NCBI GenBank assembly: GCA_049999805.1
Contig: JBNGIO010005336.1
Location: 1 to 54,729 of the forward strand
Direction of reading: 5' to 3'
Length of the DNA: 54,729 nt
Source of the DNA: Folioceros fuciformis
Taxonomy: Eukaryota
Both the position numbers and the translations under genes were made by a program. The notes beneath the pieces were generated by a model, which saw nothing but the letters and a program-made list of their open reading frames with translations, was not told the DNA's origin and searched no databases. Shown piece by piece: positions 23,782-34,727 of the stretch (position 1 is its first letter; each line of letters begins with the position of its first letter).

Positions 23782-25445
23782 GTCATCCTGCTCAACTTTG
23801 CTCGTATAAGTATAAGGAGACGTGCTACGCAGGTGTGGTGGCTGATATGGGGTATATGTAAAGAGCAAGACTTCGTTGGTCGATTGATGCGTTGTTGTTA
23901 CTCACAGATAGCACCGGTAATAAGTACCTGAAGAAGAAAGAGCTTGCCAATCCGTTTTGCGCTTTCTCTTCTAATGATAAGAGGTGGGGGTCTACCGCAA
24001 TAGAGAACTGTCAAGCTGATGCGACCAAGGAAGCTGGAAATGGGAACATGCGTTCTTGCTCTCAAGATGCACCTGAGGTTTGGCTGGAGCATACAAAAAC
24101 CATTGGCGTATCCATTGCTGGCGAGAGGGAGAGGTCAAATTTTAAGCATGCACCATACGGCAGCATTTTGTACTAGCATGCATCTTACAACGGCATGTAC
24201 AACAGGAGAATTCACAATTATCATTTGTTTTGTGGGAAGACTAAAAAAATCTGTGTCCCTCATACATAAGAAACGTTCGCTCCTTGTAAGCTTTGAGAGA
24301 AAAGCATCCCCTCCTTGCAAGATTAGAGAGAAATCTAAGTTCAATTGTTGTTGAGGGGATGGAATGTGATAGCCAGTTGTCGTGACAAGCATGTAGTTTT
24401 GAAGGGAACCTTCCATACATTGTGCTAAATTATCCCATATTGGGAAGCTCAGTACTTTGCGCACATTACCCTATGACAGGGACGACATCCATCCTCGACT
24501 AAGGAGTCAAAAGTTTTGGAATTACCTTTTGGAGATATTTTGTATTGGGGCCAACTACGACTAGTTGGCCCCGCACAATCAATTTTCAGTAGTACGGAGA
24601 GGTCGCATGTAGCCAAAGTTGCGTTGCACAGGTTAGGAGTTAGGAGACCTTCTTCTCATCCTTGAAGTTGTGTATTCAAATAAGCTGCGTATCCATTTAA
24701 GCTGTGTATCCATTTACACTTTGAGTTGCTGTGCCTCCGGACATGTATCTATCTTTACACCTTGAGCTGTCTTGTATCCGGACATGTATCCAGCTTCACA
24801 AGTCTTCCAATACAGACATGTATCCAGCTTCACAAGTCTTCCAATACAGAACGTGTATCCAGCTTCACAATCTTCCATGTCACACATGAAATGGTAGACA
24901 CCTGCCAAGATTTTGTCAGCTCGCGGCAATCTGCAGGTAAGGAGCAGGCTGCAGCGCTCCCGGATGGGTCCAGCATGCTGTACACTATTCCAAGAACGAC
25001 ACGCGGGCCATGCAAGAGGAAGGCACCGACTTACACTATGGATGTAAATATGTGACACATGTGGGACCCCCTCCTGCGAGCTTATGCAAGTGTGGGACAG
25101 GCTGTAGCCTTGTCCGAGGTCCCAGAAATAGGAGATTCATGTCATTGATTCTGCAGGGGAGCTGCGCGCATACAGACCATGCCACGTATGCATGTACTTA
25201 TTTTGTCCTCGATTGTTCAAAACTAAGCGAGTATCCTCTAAAGTCGCTTCACGAACATGTGCCTTGGGAGTCCCAAGGCACATGAAGGCAAAGTCTCCCA
25301 AGTTGGGAGACTCTGCCTTCACACTCATGTGCTGCATCTTCAAACCGACTCATTATGCTACATGTGTGTCATGGCACAAATGTGCGCTGGTGCTGGTTTG
25401 TCGGATCATGCATGAGACGCTTGTGAGGGAGAAGAGATCCATTTA

Positions 25446-25968
25446 CACCATGGTGGGCAAAGACTTCCGTTGCTTCCTGCAATTTCTTGTGGGCCGCACG
25501 CACCCGCATCATGCTGTAGGCCCAAAAGGAGTTTGACTAGTATCCAGTTCTACCACTGACAGCATGAAGACGAATGCCATGAACCAGAGACTTGTCTGCC
25601 ATGCACTTTCCGACCACAACATAGAAAAGACGCAGGGAAACATGAGACCCTCGGTCCTGGTGGACCTCGAAAGCCTTGAACAGTTTCAAGAACCTCTCCA
25701 TCGTGAAATGCTCTTCCCACATTAACTTCTGCTTTACACTGTGCCACCTGCATTTCTGAGGGGCTATCAAAGCAAGGGAGGAATCTCAAGACTCTAACCT
25801 ATGTGCCCCACAAGAAACACAGAAGCAAAAGCAGCTCGGAGGCGGAAATGGACCTCCCAGCACTCGTCAACGCCGCCTCACAACGCTCCGTGCCACAAGT
25901 CAGAGTCTCTCCTGGTCCATGTTTCCCTTAAGCCCATGCATGCTGTGTACAGGGTCCGAAATCGGCGC
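25446..25968 (-). pseudogene. Inverted relic of the PPR-C 5' region
   Basis: Its reverse complement aligns with 30125-30646 (PCFDSPSEMQVAQCKAEV; DRGSHVSLRLFY...KSLVHGIRLHAVSGRTGY*) and carries frameshifts and a stop. Confidence 0.85.
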
Positions 25969-26019
25969 ATTCCTCTTGAGACTCTTAAAATGAACGAAGG
26001 CTGAAGGTTCAAGGACTTC

Positions 26020-27123
26020 CTACAGGCTAGCCTGCTCCCGGAGAACCCTTGGAACGAAGGTCTGGGCAACCAGCAAAGGGAAGGCGATGGTGGCGTCGCA
26101 ATGCACCTTAACTGCCTTTGCGGAGCCACGAATTTTCCCCCAAGACACTGCTTCGTCCGGAGACGCTCCGGAATCGCTCCCGTCGTACTCCTGCGCCGTG
26201 TTGATGTATACGGAAAAATCCGCACCGTTCCTCATCAGATTAGCGTTGCAGATATGGTGCTTGGGCAGGCCGCCTCCGAGCACGATGATGCCAGTCTTGC
26301 GCGGGGAAGCGTGCACAGCCTCTCCGTTCATCCGCGCAATGTCCTGCACAATATCGATCACCAGGCCCGGGTTACGATGCGAGTGGAAGTAGATCATGTC
26401 CCCCAGGGAGCCATCGGTAAGCGCAGGGCAGAACACTGGGACGCCGTTCCTCTCAGCCCAGTACAAGATGGAGCTTGGGTTGTCGATCTCCCTCCCCAGC
26501 CTGGCAATCACCTTGGACGGCGTCCACAGCACCCCCTGCTCCCTCTGCTCGGTCAGCAGACTATCCAGCACCGGCATCACCCAGTCCTCGAACTTGCAGT
26601 AGTTGTCGTTGGGCACGAGCAGATTCCCAATCCGGTTCAACCCCTGAGCCCGCAGCTGGACCCCGGGCAGGGTGAAGTCCCCCATGTAGGTGGGAGCCAG
26701 GCACTTTATGATGTCCTCCTCGATCCCGCCGGCCGTGGTGACCAGCACGTCCACCATCCTATGCTCCACCAGGTATCGGATGCTCTCTCGCAGCCCCGAT
26801 GACACCAGGTTGGATGTGCACCCGAGAAAGACCTTGCAACGCACCGAAGCCCTGAAGTCCGCATTCTGCTCCGCCTCGCTGCTCCCCTCTTCCACAGGAT
26901 CGTCGCTCAGCCTCCAGTCCAGCATACGGTTCACCTCCTCCACCGCCCTCCCCAGCTGCGACGCCTGGAAGCCTGTGTGGTGCATAGCCTGCAGCAAGCC
27001 CCTGTAGTCCAGCCCATGGTTGAAGTCGAACCCGAACACGGATTGCCGGCCCTCAAGCCCCGTCACCGATGATGCCCGCAGCACGTTCTGCACAGCTTCT
27101 GCCGGCACGCTCTCGCTCGCCAT
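26020..27123 (-). CDS. DHS: Deoxyhypusine synthase (intronless)
   Basis: Motifs [52 protein letters not shown] and [17 protein letters not shown] (catalytic Lys). The IARMN motif is the IxxxN DHS type, not the VxxxD homospermidine synthase type. Confidence 0.96.
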   Translation of the reverse strand: MASESVPAEAVQNVLRASSVTGLEGRQSVFGFDFNHGLDYRGLLQAMHHTGFQASQLGRAVEEVNRMLDWRLSDDPVEEGSSEAEQNADFRASVRCKVFLGCTSNLVSSGLRESIRYLVEHRMVDVLVTTAGGIEEDIIKCLAPTYMGDFTLPGVQLRAQGLNRIGNLLVPNDNYCKFEDWVMPVLDSLLTEQREQGVLWTPSKVIARLGREIDNPSSILYWAERNGVPVFCPALTDGSLGDMIYFHSHRNPGLVIDIVQDIARMNGEAVHASPRKTGIIVLGGGLPKHHICNANLMRNGADFSVYINTAQEYDGSDSGASPDEAVSWGKIRGSAKAVKVHCDATIAFPLLVAQTFVPRVLREQASL

Positions 27124-27389
27124 CAACACAAAAAACGCCTACCTTGGCAATCCATGAATTTGTCCGAAACCAGCCCCAACCCGAGGTCAGGCGTGTGTAG
27201 TTGTAACCTACTTCTGTACATACCTCATGAAGTAAGGAACTTCTCTTCCACCAGCTCCTCTGCTCTGCACTGCTCTCGATTTCCGTCGCTGAATTGTGTG
27301 GAGACAAACGGTTAATTCTTTGTGGCTGAGTGTGGGTGGCGCCTGCGCTGGTGGAATTCCTGGAAAGATCAGTGGTTCATTTGGCCGCT

Positions 27390-28998
27390 ATGGCAGGTGT
27401 TGGACGTATCTCGCGGCTGCTTCCTCTTGTAGGTCAACTGTACAGGTCGCATTTGTGTGCTGTGTCATCTCTACCGATCGCGCCTGAAGCTGGTGTTCAG
27501 GCTGCCCTTGCCTCATCCGGAAGCACTTTCACGCCCCATCCCACCAAATCTGCCTCTACCAGTTTGTCGCCTACCAAATCAGCTAATTGTTTCCGAGTAC
27601 GCCTGCAAGGGAGCTCAGTGTGCACGCAGCTCGATCGACAGTTCTCAGCGCGACTTCATCATTCGGCGTGCTCCAATTCCGCTGGCCAGGATGGATTGTC
27701 CACTGTTTCTACTACGATGTTGCGACGAAATGCGGTGGGGAATGCGAACCTGCCATCTCGTTGCGTCTCTCTGCTGTTCGATGTAGTGACCAGAAGTTAT
27801 GGTTTTGGCAGATTTTCACCTGGCTGGCCAGAGAACAGCATGGCAGGGCTTTCATGAGCAGAAGCTTGTACAGTACAGCGTCTGCGCCTTCAGAGGTAAC
27901 TAGTTGAGATTTAACGGACCCTGTTTTGTGGTTACATTTGGTCATGGAGGACTTGAAACAACCTGGCATCTTGTACAGGGCAGGCCTGAGGTGCAGGAGC
28001 CGTTTGAGGATGATGACGGAGAAGGTCAGCTTTGGAGCTTGTCTGAGATCCCAAACATCCCTTTACCTGCCCTCGGTCTCAGTCTCGCCGGTCTGATACC
28101 CTTTGTCGCGTTGGCACCACCAATAGATGCTTTCCTTCCAACGGTGTGATATCTGGGAAAGTTCTCAGATTGCGTGTTTCTTTCGGGAATTTGTAGACAG
28201 CGTACGTTGCTGGTGACATGGAAACCAGAGAGGCTGACTAGTGGCAGTGAAGGCAGGCATTATTCTACGGGATGCATATTGGAGCCCAAGCTGCGTATGG
28301 GGCAATTATCCTCACGTTTCTTGGTGGACCTCATTGGGGGCTTGCCATGGCTGGTTACGGAGGTTAGTCAGATCATTCCAAAGAAGTTTCATGCTGGCAC
28401 ATAGGACTGTGGTATGCACAGGGCGTTTTGAGTCATTCACATCATATTGTGGTATCTGCAGTTTCATCCGATCATAAGGTTTTCAACATGACTGCCAACT
28501 CTCTACGGTATGTCGCCTTCACGGAGGCTACTCTTCAGACAGTTAGATGTCGATTTTGGTCTTCTGTTCTTGTCATTGTGGATTTGAGGATCGTCTCATA
28601 ATTGCTTCCTGAGCAGGTATTTGTGGGGTGTGGTGCCATCACTTCTTGGATGGCTTGCTTTGCTTCTTCCGACAATTCCACAGTTTGCACTTCTCATATC
28701 CTCATTTGGTCTGGTACGTCTCTTTTTCCTTGCACTCCTTCTGCTGCCGTGCTCGTGGATCCTGCCATGACTGCCTTCCTGCACTCAGGTTATTGGAGTT
28801 GATATTGCGTTCGCAAGAATGAAGCTGGTTCCTTCATGGTAAGTACCCTCAACGAGCACAGCTGTAACCTCCACGCAGGTCGTTCTAATGTAGTGTTTCG
28901 TCTCCAGGTACCTGACGTTGAGGATAACTCTCACAACTATCGCAATGTTGAGCCTGGCATCGAACCTCGTTCTGGCAATAGCAAATGCATTGAACTGA
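27390..28998 (+). CDS. TMEM69: TMEM69/DUF3429-family membrane protein with mitochondrial-like presequence (multi-exon; some internal exons unresolved)
   Basis: Exon fragments read PALGLSLAGLIPFV, AQAAYGAIILTFLGGPHWGLAM, YLWGVVPSLLGWLALLL and LVPSW/YLTLRITLTTIAMLSL...N*. The N-terminus is MAGVGRISRLLPL. Confidence 0.8.
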
Positions 28999-30345
28999 TC
29001 GCCAGCATACAGTGAGCCAAGATATCACACCAATTCCATCTACAGCTGGGTGATTTTTTGATGCAACTATTACCAGAATATCTTGTTTGGGGTCCATGTG
29101 CAAGTACAGGAGCACAGGTCGTCTTCTCAAATGGCAATTTACCTTCTTTCGTGAATTAACATCGAGAAGGAAAATGGAGACTTCGAAATATGCCATCCCC
29201 TGTCTCAGGATTGCTGGCTGTGTCCAGTGTAGGTTGCTTTGCACCCCATACAAGGAGAATGTCGGCGAAACGAATTTGTGGGCATTATGTCCCATGGGAC
29301 TCTCTGCCCTGCCTGGACAATTTTCATGTGCTGACATTTGTCATGCGAGGAGCGTGCACCCTCCATTGGAAGCATCAATCAGTGTCTTCCCCGACTCAGT
29401 ATTGTCGGCAGTGCTTCCTGAGAGAGCAGGTATAGGTAGGTCCGTTTGCTTCTATTAAGGAGAGTGGCCTTGTTTATAAGGGGGACTGCTACTGAAGGAA
29501 GCACCGTCGAGGATCCGGTTGGTCTGGGCAAGCTGCCGTCACCAGAAACTCGTGTTCAATTCGACTTTCTTGACCATGTAGACTTGCCCGCAGACGACGT
29601 CAATATAGCAGCGGCAAATAACCGGGGAAAGGATTAACTGGAAGTTGTTCCCACGCGACCGTAACTGCTCCAATCGGCTCTACTCTTTAGAAGTCGATGA
29701 GAAAAACTCTCCGTTGACACCTCCGCTCATTGTATGCAAATACCAGCTGCGTTTTAGCCCCATCAGGAGTTACCCGCAAGGAGAGTCGATTACAGAATGC
29801 CTAAATGGTAGAACATGTTCTCTTCGTGTCAAAATGAGATGGGGAAGGTGCCACTCCGATGGAGAGCCAAATGCTTGTCTCTCGCCTTATTCAAAGAAAG
29901 CCCAACGCCAACAGACATCTATCTTTGTTGCTCGGCGCAGCGGAGCATTGCACATCTGCAATTAGCACTTCGGAGCAGCGTGCCCACTGGGGGAACAACA
30001 GATTGAATGAGGTGGGTGCATCATGTTCGTGCTTGCAGCCGATGCCTTGACAGAGGATGACAGTTTCCTCTGGTCCCGAATTGTTGCTGAAGGTTGCACC
30101 ATTTCATGTTGTTTTAAAGGTTCGCACAGATTTCAGACCCTGTACACATCATGCATGGGTTTACGGGAAGCATGGACCAGGAGAGACTCTGACTTGTGCC
30201 ACTGAGCGTTGTGAGGCGGCGCTGAAGAGTGCTGGAAGGTCCATTTCCGCCACTGAGCTGCTTTTGCCACTGTGTTTCGTCTGGGGCCTGCAGGTTAGAG
30301 TCCTGGAATACCCACCTTGTTTTGACAGCCCCTTAGAAATGCAGG

Positions 30346-33300
30346 GTGGTACACTGTGATGCAGAAGTTGATGTGGGAACAGCAGCTGAGGATGGAGAGG
30401 TCGTTGAAACTGTCAAGGCTTTGGAGACCCTGGTGGACCGAGGGTCTTATGTTTCCCTGCGTTTTTTCTATGAGGCGGTTAGAAAGTGCACGGCAGACAA
30501 GGTTCTGGTTCATGGCAGTCGTGTTCATGCTGTCAGTGTTAGAAGTGGATACCAGTCCAACACCTTTTTGGCCAACAACATCATCCGGATGTATGCGGCC
30601 CACAAGAAATTGCAGGAGGCAACAGAAGTGTTTGCCCACCATGGTGCACCGAATTCTTATATGTGGTTTTCCATTATCTCAGCGCATGTTGAACTTGGAC
30701 AGGGTGCGCAGGCTATACAGCTTTATGCAAGAATGCGGCAGTCATCTACGGAGCCCAACGACTATGTCTTTGTGGCCGTCCTCAAAGCCTGTGCAACCGA
30801 GGCAGATATAACATCGGGTAAGCAGGTGCACGCTGATGTTCTTCAAAGTGCAGTGGAGGACAATGTGTTTGTTGGCAACGGCATAGTTGATATGTACGCG
30901 AAATGTGGCAGCTTGGACGATGCTCGCAGGGTTTTCGACTGTTTGACCACAAAGGATGTGGTCTCATGGAATACGATGATTTCAGGCTATGTCCAGCATG
31001 GGCAAGTTGAGTCCTGTCTCTCCCTTCATTCTCATATGTGTCAGGAGGACGTCACTGCGTCTGATAATGTTACATTTCTCTGCATTTTGAAAGCATGTGC
31101 TAGCATTGGAGCGTTACGTCAGGGCAGCAAGCTCCATGCCCTCTTGTTGGAAAGGGACGCGATGGCAGATATCGCTATCGCAAATTGCCTAGTGGACATG
31201 TATGTGAAATCGGACAGCTTGAGAAATGCTCGTAAAGTGTTTGATGCATTGCCCATAAAAAATGTGGTGACTTGGACCACAATGATCACGGGATACACTC
31301 AGCACGGGCTTAGCTCAGAAGGCCTTGATCTGTTTGCAAGGATGCAACAAGTGGGCATGACTCCTGATCCTGTAATATTTTGCTGCCTGCTAAAGTCGTG
31401 CAGTACTTCTAAAGCTTTATACGCGGGGAAGCAGCTTCACTGTCAGATTCAAGAACAGGGATTGGATATTGATGTGCTTCTTAGCAACAGCCTGGTGGAC
31501 ATGTATGCTAAATGTGGAAGCTTGAATGACGCTCGCATGGTTTTTGACACGCTTGCTACCAAGGACATTGTGACATGGACTGCTATGATTGCAGGATATG
31601 CTGAGCATGGTTTTGGTCGAGAAGCCCTTGCCCTATATGCTCAGATGCAATCCGAATGCACTACCCCAGCCGATAACGTTATGTTTGCCTCCCTTTTAAA
31701 ATCCTGTGCGAGCGTTGGAGATTTATGTCAAGGGATGCAACTTCATTCCCAGATTCAGAACCAAGGATTGGAAACCGATGCAGTTATTTGCAACAGCTTG
31801 GTGAACATGTATTCGAGCTGTGGGAGCTTGGGGGATGCTCGTTATGTGTTTGATGGGATGCAGACGAAAGATGTTGTGTCCTGGACTGCCATGATTTCCG
31901 CATATTCAGAGCATGGGCTTCCTCAAGAATCCCTCACCCTTTACGTGATGATGCAGAAGGATGGCATGATTCCAGCCAATCATGTTACATTCGTGTGCCT
32001 TTTGAAAGCATGTGCCAGCATTGGAGCTCTCCGTGAGGGCGAAGAAATCCATTCGGACATTCGAAAAAGAGGTTTGGGAGATGATGTGGTTATTGGGAAC
32101 TGCCTGGTGGACATGTATGCAAAATGTGGCTGCCTAGACAAAGCACGCTCAGTGTTTGACAGCTTGTCGACAAAAGATGTGGTTACATGGAATGCAATGC
32201 TCGCAGGGTATGCTCACCATGGGCTGGGAGAGGACTGTCTGTCTCTTTATGCATGTATGGAACAAGATGGCATCATTCTGGCTGATGTTGTGACATTCGT
32301 GTGTTTGCTCAAAACTTGTGTAGTTCTTGGGTCTCTGCATTACGGGATGCGACTTCATGCTGACATCCAGGACCAAGGTTTAGAAGATGATTTGGTTCTT
32401 GGTAGCAGCCTAGTGGACATGTACGCAAAGTGTCAGAGCTTAGAGAATGCTCGCCGAGTGTTTAACAAATTGACGAAAAAGGATGTGGTGGCATGGACTG
32501 CAATCATTGATGGTTATGCTCAACATGGTTGTGGTCAAGAGTCTCTCTCCCTGTATGCAAGTATGCAACAGAAGGGCATAGTAACTGCTGATGATGTTTT
32601 GCTTTCCTGCCTCTTGAAAGCATGTGCCAGTGTTGGAGATTTGCATCAGGGGAGGCAAATTCACTCCCAGATCCAGGGCAAAGGGCTTGAACACGACGTT
32701 GTCATCGGCAACTCCCTGGTTGACATGTATGCCAAATGTGGGAGTTTAGCCGATGCGCGGATGGTTTTTGACAGACTGCCTGCAAGAGATGTGGTGACAT
32801 GGACTGCGATGATTGTCGGATATGCTGAGCAAGGGCTCAGTCAGGAAGCCATTTCTATGTATTCAAAGATGCAAGAGGAGGGCTTAACTCCCGTTGATCA
32901 TCCTACGTTTGCTTGTCTTTTGAGAGCATGTGCCGGTGTTGGGGCTTTACAGCAGGGGGAGCACCTTCATTCCCAGGTTCAGGACCGCGGATTCGAAACC
33001 GAGCTCTTCCCTGTCCTGGTGGACATGTACACTAAGTGTGGAAGTCTAGAAGATGCGTGCAAGGTCTTTCGCAAATTGCCTGCGAAGGATGTGGTGACGT
33101 GGAATGCCATGATTTCCGGATACTCTCAGCATGGGCTGGGACAAGAAGCTCTGCAATGTTACGATGAAATGCGTCTGGCAGGCTTCGAGCCAAATGGGGT
33201 GACGTTTCTTTCACTCCTCTCTGCATGCAGTCATGCTGGCTTGGTGGAGAAAGGGATTGAGTACTTCGAATCCATGAGGACTGAACACGGCATAACTCCA

Positions 33301-33744
33301 GAGGTGGAGCATTACGTCTGCATGGTGGACCTGTTTGGTCGTGCCGGATCCTTCAATAGTATACAACGCCTACTGTCGACCATGCCCATGGAGCCTGGAC
33401 TGTCTCTGTGGTTGTGCTTGCTGGGTGCCTGTCGAAAACATGGCAATGTGCCCCTGGGAGAAAATGCCTTCACCCATGCAGTGCACCTACAGCCGAAACA
33501 TTCTGCTGCGTATGTGTTGATGGCACAGATTTATGCTGGGGCTGGTTTGTTGGATCATGCATGGGAGGTACACAGCCTCAGACGAAAACAAGGCGCATGG
33601 AAGAACCCCGGGCTGAGTTGGATCGAGCATGACCACCGAGTACACATTTTTGTGGTAGGAGACTGCCAGAGTCCTCGGCACAAGAAACTGACTGACTTGC
33701 TGAGGAGGTTAGGATCGCAACAGGAGGAGTTGAGACCGCTTTAA
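30346..33744 (+). CDS. PLS-class PPR protein, E/E+ type, no DYW (PPR-C); 5' end interrupted or unresolved
   Basis: 8 S-motif (MYxxC-like) units in PLS triplets, E domains and the PG box KNPGLSWIE...FVVGD, with a stop ~25 aa later. Confidence 0.92.
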   Translation: MVHCDAEVDVGTAAEDGEVVETVKALETLVDRGSYVSLRFFYEAVRKCTADKVLVHGSRVHAVSVRSGYQSNTFLANNIIRMYAAHKKLQEATEVFAHHGAPNSYMWFSIISAHVELGQGAQAIQLYARMRQSSTEPNDYVFVAVLKACATEADITSGKQVHADVLQSAVEDNVFVGNGIVDMYAKCGSLDDARRVFDCLTTKDVVSWNTMISGYVQHGQVESCLSLHSHMCQEDVTASDNVTFLCILKACASIGALRQGSKLHALLLERDAMADIAIANCLVDMYVKSDSLRNARKVFDALPIKNVVTWTTMITGYTQHGLSSEGLDLFARMQQVGMTPDPVIFCCLLKSCSTSKALYAGKQLHCQIQEQGLDIDVLLSNSLVDMYAKCGSLNDARMVFDTLATKDIVTWTAMIAGYAEHGFGREALALYAQMQSECTTPADNVMFASLLKSCASVGDLCQGMQLHSQIQNQGLETDAVICNSLVNMYSSCGSLGDARYVFDGMQTKDVVSWTAMISAYSEHGLPQESLTLYVMMQKDGMIPANHVTFVCLLKACASIGALREGEEIHSDIRKRGLGDDVVIGNCLVDMYAKCGCLDKARSVFDSLSTKDVVTWNAMLAGYAHHGLGEDCLSLYACMEQDGIILADVVTFVCLLKTCVVLGSLHYGMRLHADIQDQGLEDDLVLGSSLVDMYAKCQSLENARRVFNKLTKKDVVAWTAIIDGYAQHGCGQESLSLYASMQQKGIVTADDVLLSCLLKACASVGDLHQGRQIHSQIQGKGLEHDVVIGNSLVDMYAKCGSLADARMVFDRLPARDVVTWTAMIVGYAEQGLSQEAISMYSKMQEEGLTPVDHPTFACLLRACAGVGALQQGEHLHSQVQDRGFETELFPVLVDMYTKCGSLEDACKVFRKLPAKDVVTWNAMISGYSQHGLGQEALQCYDEMRLAGFEPNGVTFLSLLSACSHAGLVEKGIEYFESMRTEHGITPEVEHYVCMVDLFGRAGSFNSIQRLLSTMPMEPGLSLWLCLLGACRKHGNVPLGENAFTHAVHLQPKHSAAYVLMAQIYAGAGLLDHAWEVHSLRRKQGAWKNPGLSWIEHDHRVHIFVVGDCQSPRHKKLTDLLRRLGSQQEELRPL

Positions 33745-34047
33745 ACCCCCCGCTTGCGATAGTAGAACAAAAGCCCGTGTTCCCATTTCTAGCATCTGGC
33801 CGCATCTGCTCCCCTGTTCTCTATTGCGATGTGGCCCGCTATTTCTTGTCACTGGAAGACTGAACACGAAGGGGATTGGCAAGCTTTGTTGTCGATTACG
33901 TAGTACGGTCGCTATTGTGACCGTGTCGGGAACTACAATCCTTCGGCAACCGAGTCTTCTTGGCCGCCTGTACAGCCATCTCACGATAAAAGGCATGATA
34001 ACAATGTCGACAACAATCGAGCAACGAAGTCTTGATGGGCTTTGCAG

Positions 34048-34102
34048 ATATACCCCATATCACTCAGAAGACCTTTGTACCACATGCAGTCATACTTATA
34101 CC
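34048..34102 (+). promoter_or_regulatory. snRNA promoter of U5 copy 3
   Basis: atataccccatatc at ~34048-34061 and tacttatac at 34093-34101, upstream of the U5 start near 34125. Confidence 0.7.
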
Positions 34103-34124
34103 AACCTCCGCCGAGTATGCGTGT

Positions 34125-34241
34125 AGAGCCTTGTGTTTAGCGTAAAGCGAATTATTCTTTCGCCTTTTACTAAAGAATACCGTGCGCTGTACACAAAACA
34201 TCGGCAAACCATACTTTTTGAGCTGAGCCACCAAGGCTCAA
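34125..34241 (+). ncRNA. U5: U5 spliceosomal snRNA, copy 3 (divergent stems)
   Basis: AGAGCCTTGTGTTTAGCGTAAAGCGAATTATTCTTTCGCCTTTTACTAAAGAATACCGTGCGCTGTACACAA...GGC...ACTTTTTGAG, then the 3' hairpin TGAGCC-accaa-GGCTCA. Confidence 0.92.
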
Positions 34242-34607
34242 CAATTTAAACACAACTTGGATTGTACATTCGCTAATTTTGTAAATGCTAGTTCGACCAC
34301 GGGTTCTGTTTTCCCGTTGTTTGTAAGGAGTCTCTTTTTCCGTAATATTTCAGGAGTGTGGACTATGGATTCTTTTTTCCGGAGTGGGTGCCATAGCTGC
34401 TTCGGATGCGTGATGGGGGTGCCCTGAATCATCAAAAAAAGCCAGATAAAAGCCAGATGGATCTTNNNNNNNNNNGTGCCCTGAATCATCAAAAAAAGCC
34501 AGATAAAAGCCAGATGGATCTTGATAAGATAAAAGCCAAATAGAGTCTGCTACCACAAGTAATGTACACATATACCAGATGTGTATGTTTTTGAAATTGG
34601 TTAGTAC

Positions 34608-34727
34608 ATACAAAAATGTTGTAATAATGGTTGCCAAGATTATTGCTCCACTAACTAATCTCTTGAAGAAGACTAAGGCTTGGAAATGGTATAAAGAGCG
34701 TGAGAGGGCATTTGTAGCTAAGCGGTA
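34608..34727 (+). mobile_element. Ty3/gypsy RT-RNase H connection fragment
   Basis: YKNVVIMVAKIIAPLTNLLKKTKAWKWYKERERAF resembles the gypsy consensus AKIAAPLTxLLKK...W...AF. It lies in an AT-rich non-genic block (34.25-35.9 kb). Confidence 0.6.

Noticed and set aside
26101-26802. 233-aa ORF antisense to DHS (likewise 46735-47457 against PRS)
   Set aside because: Shadow ORFs produced by GC-rich codon usage.
34419-34522. Identical ~47-bp sequences either side of a 10-N gap (also cggctaaaccg around 4801-4900)
   Set aside because: Probably contig-overlap artefacts; they cannot be counted as true repeats.
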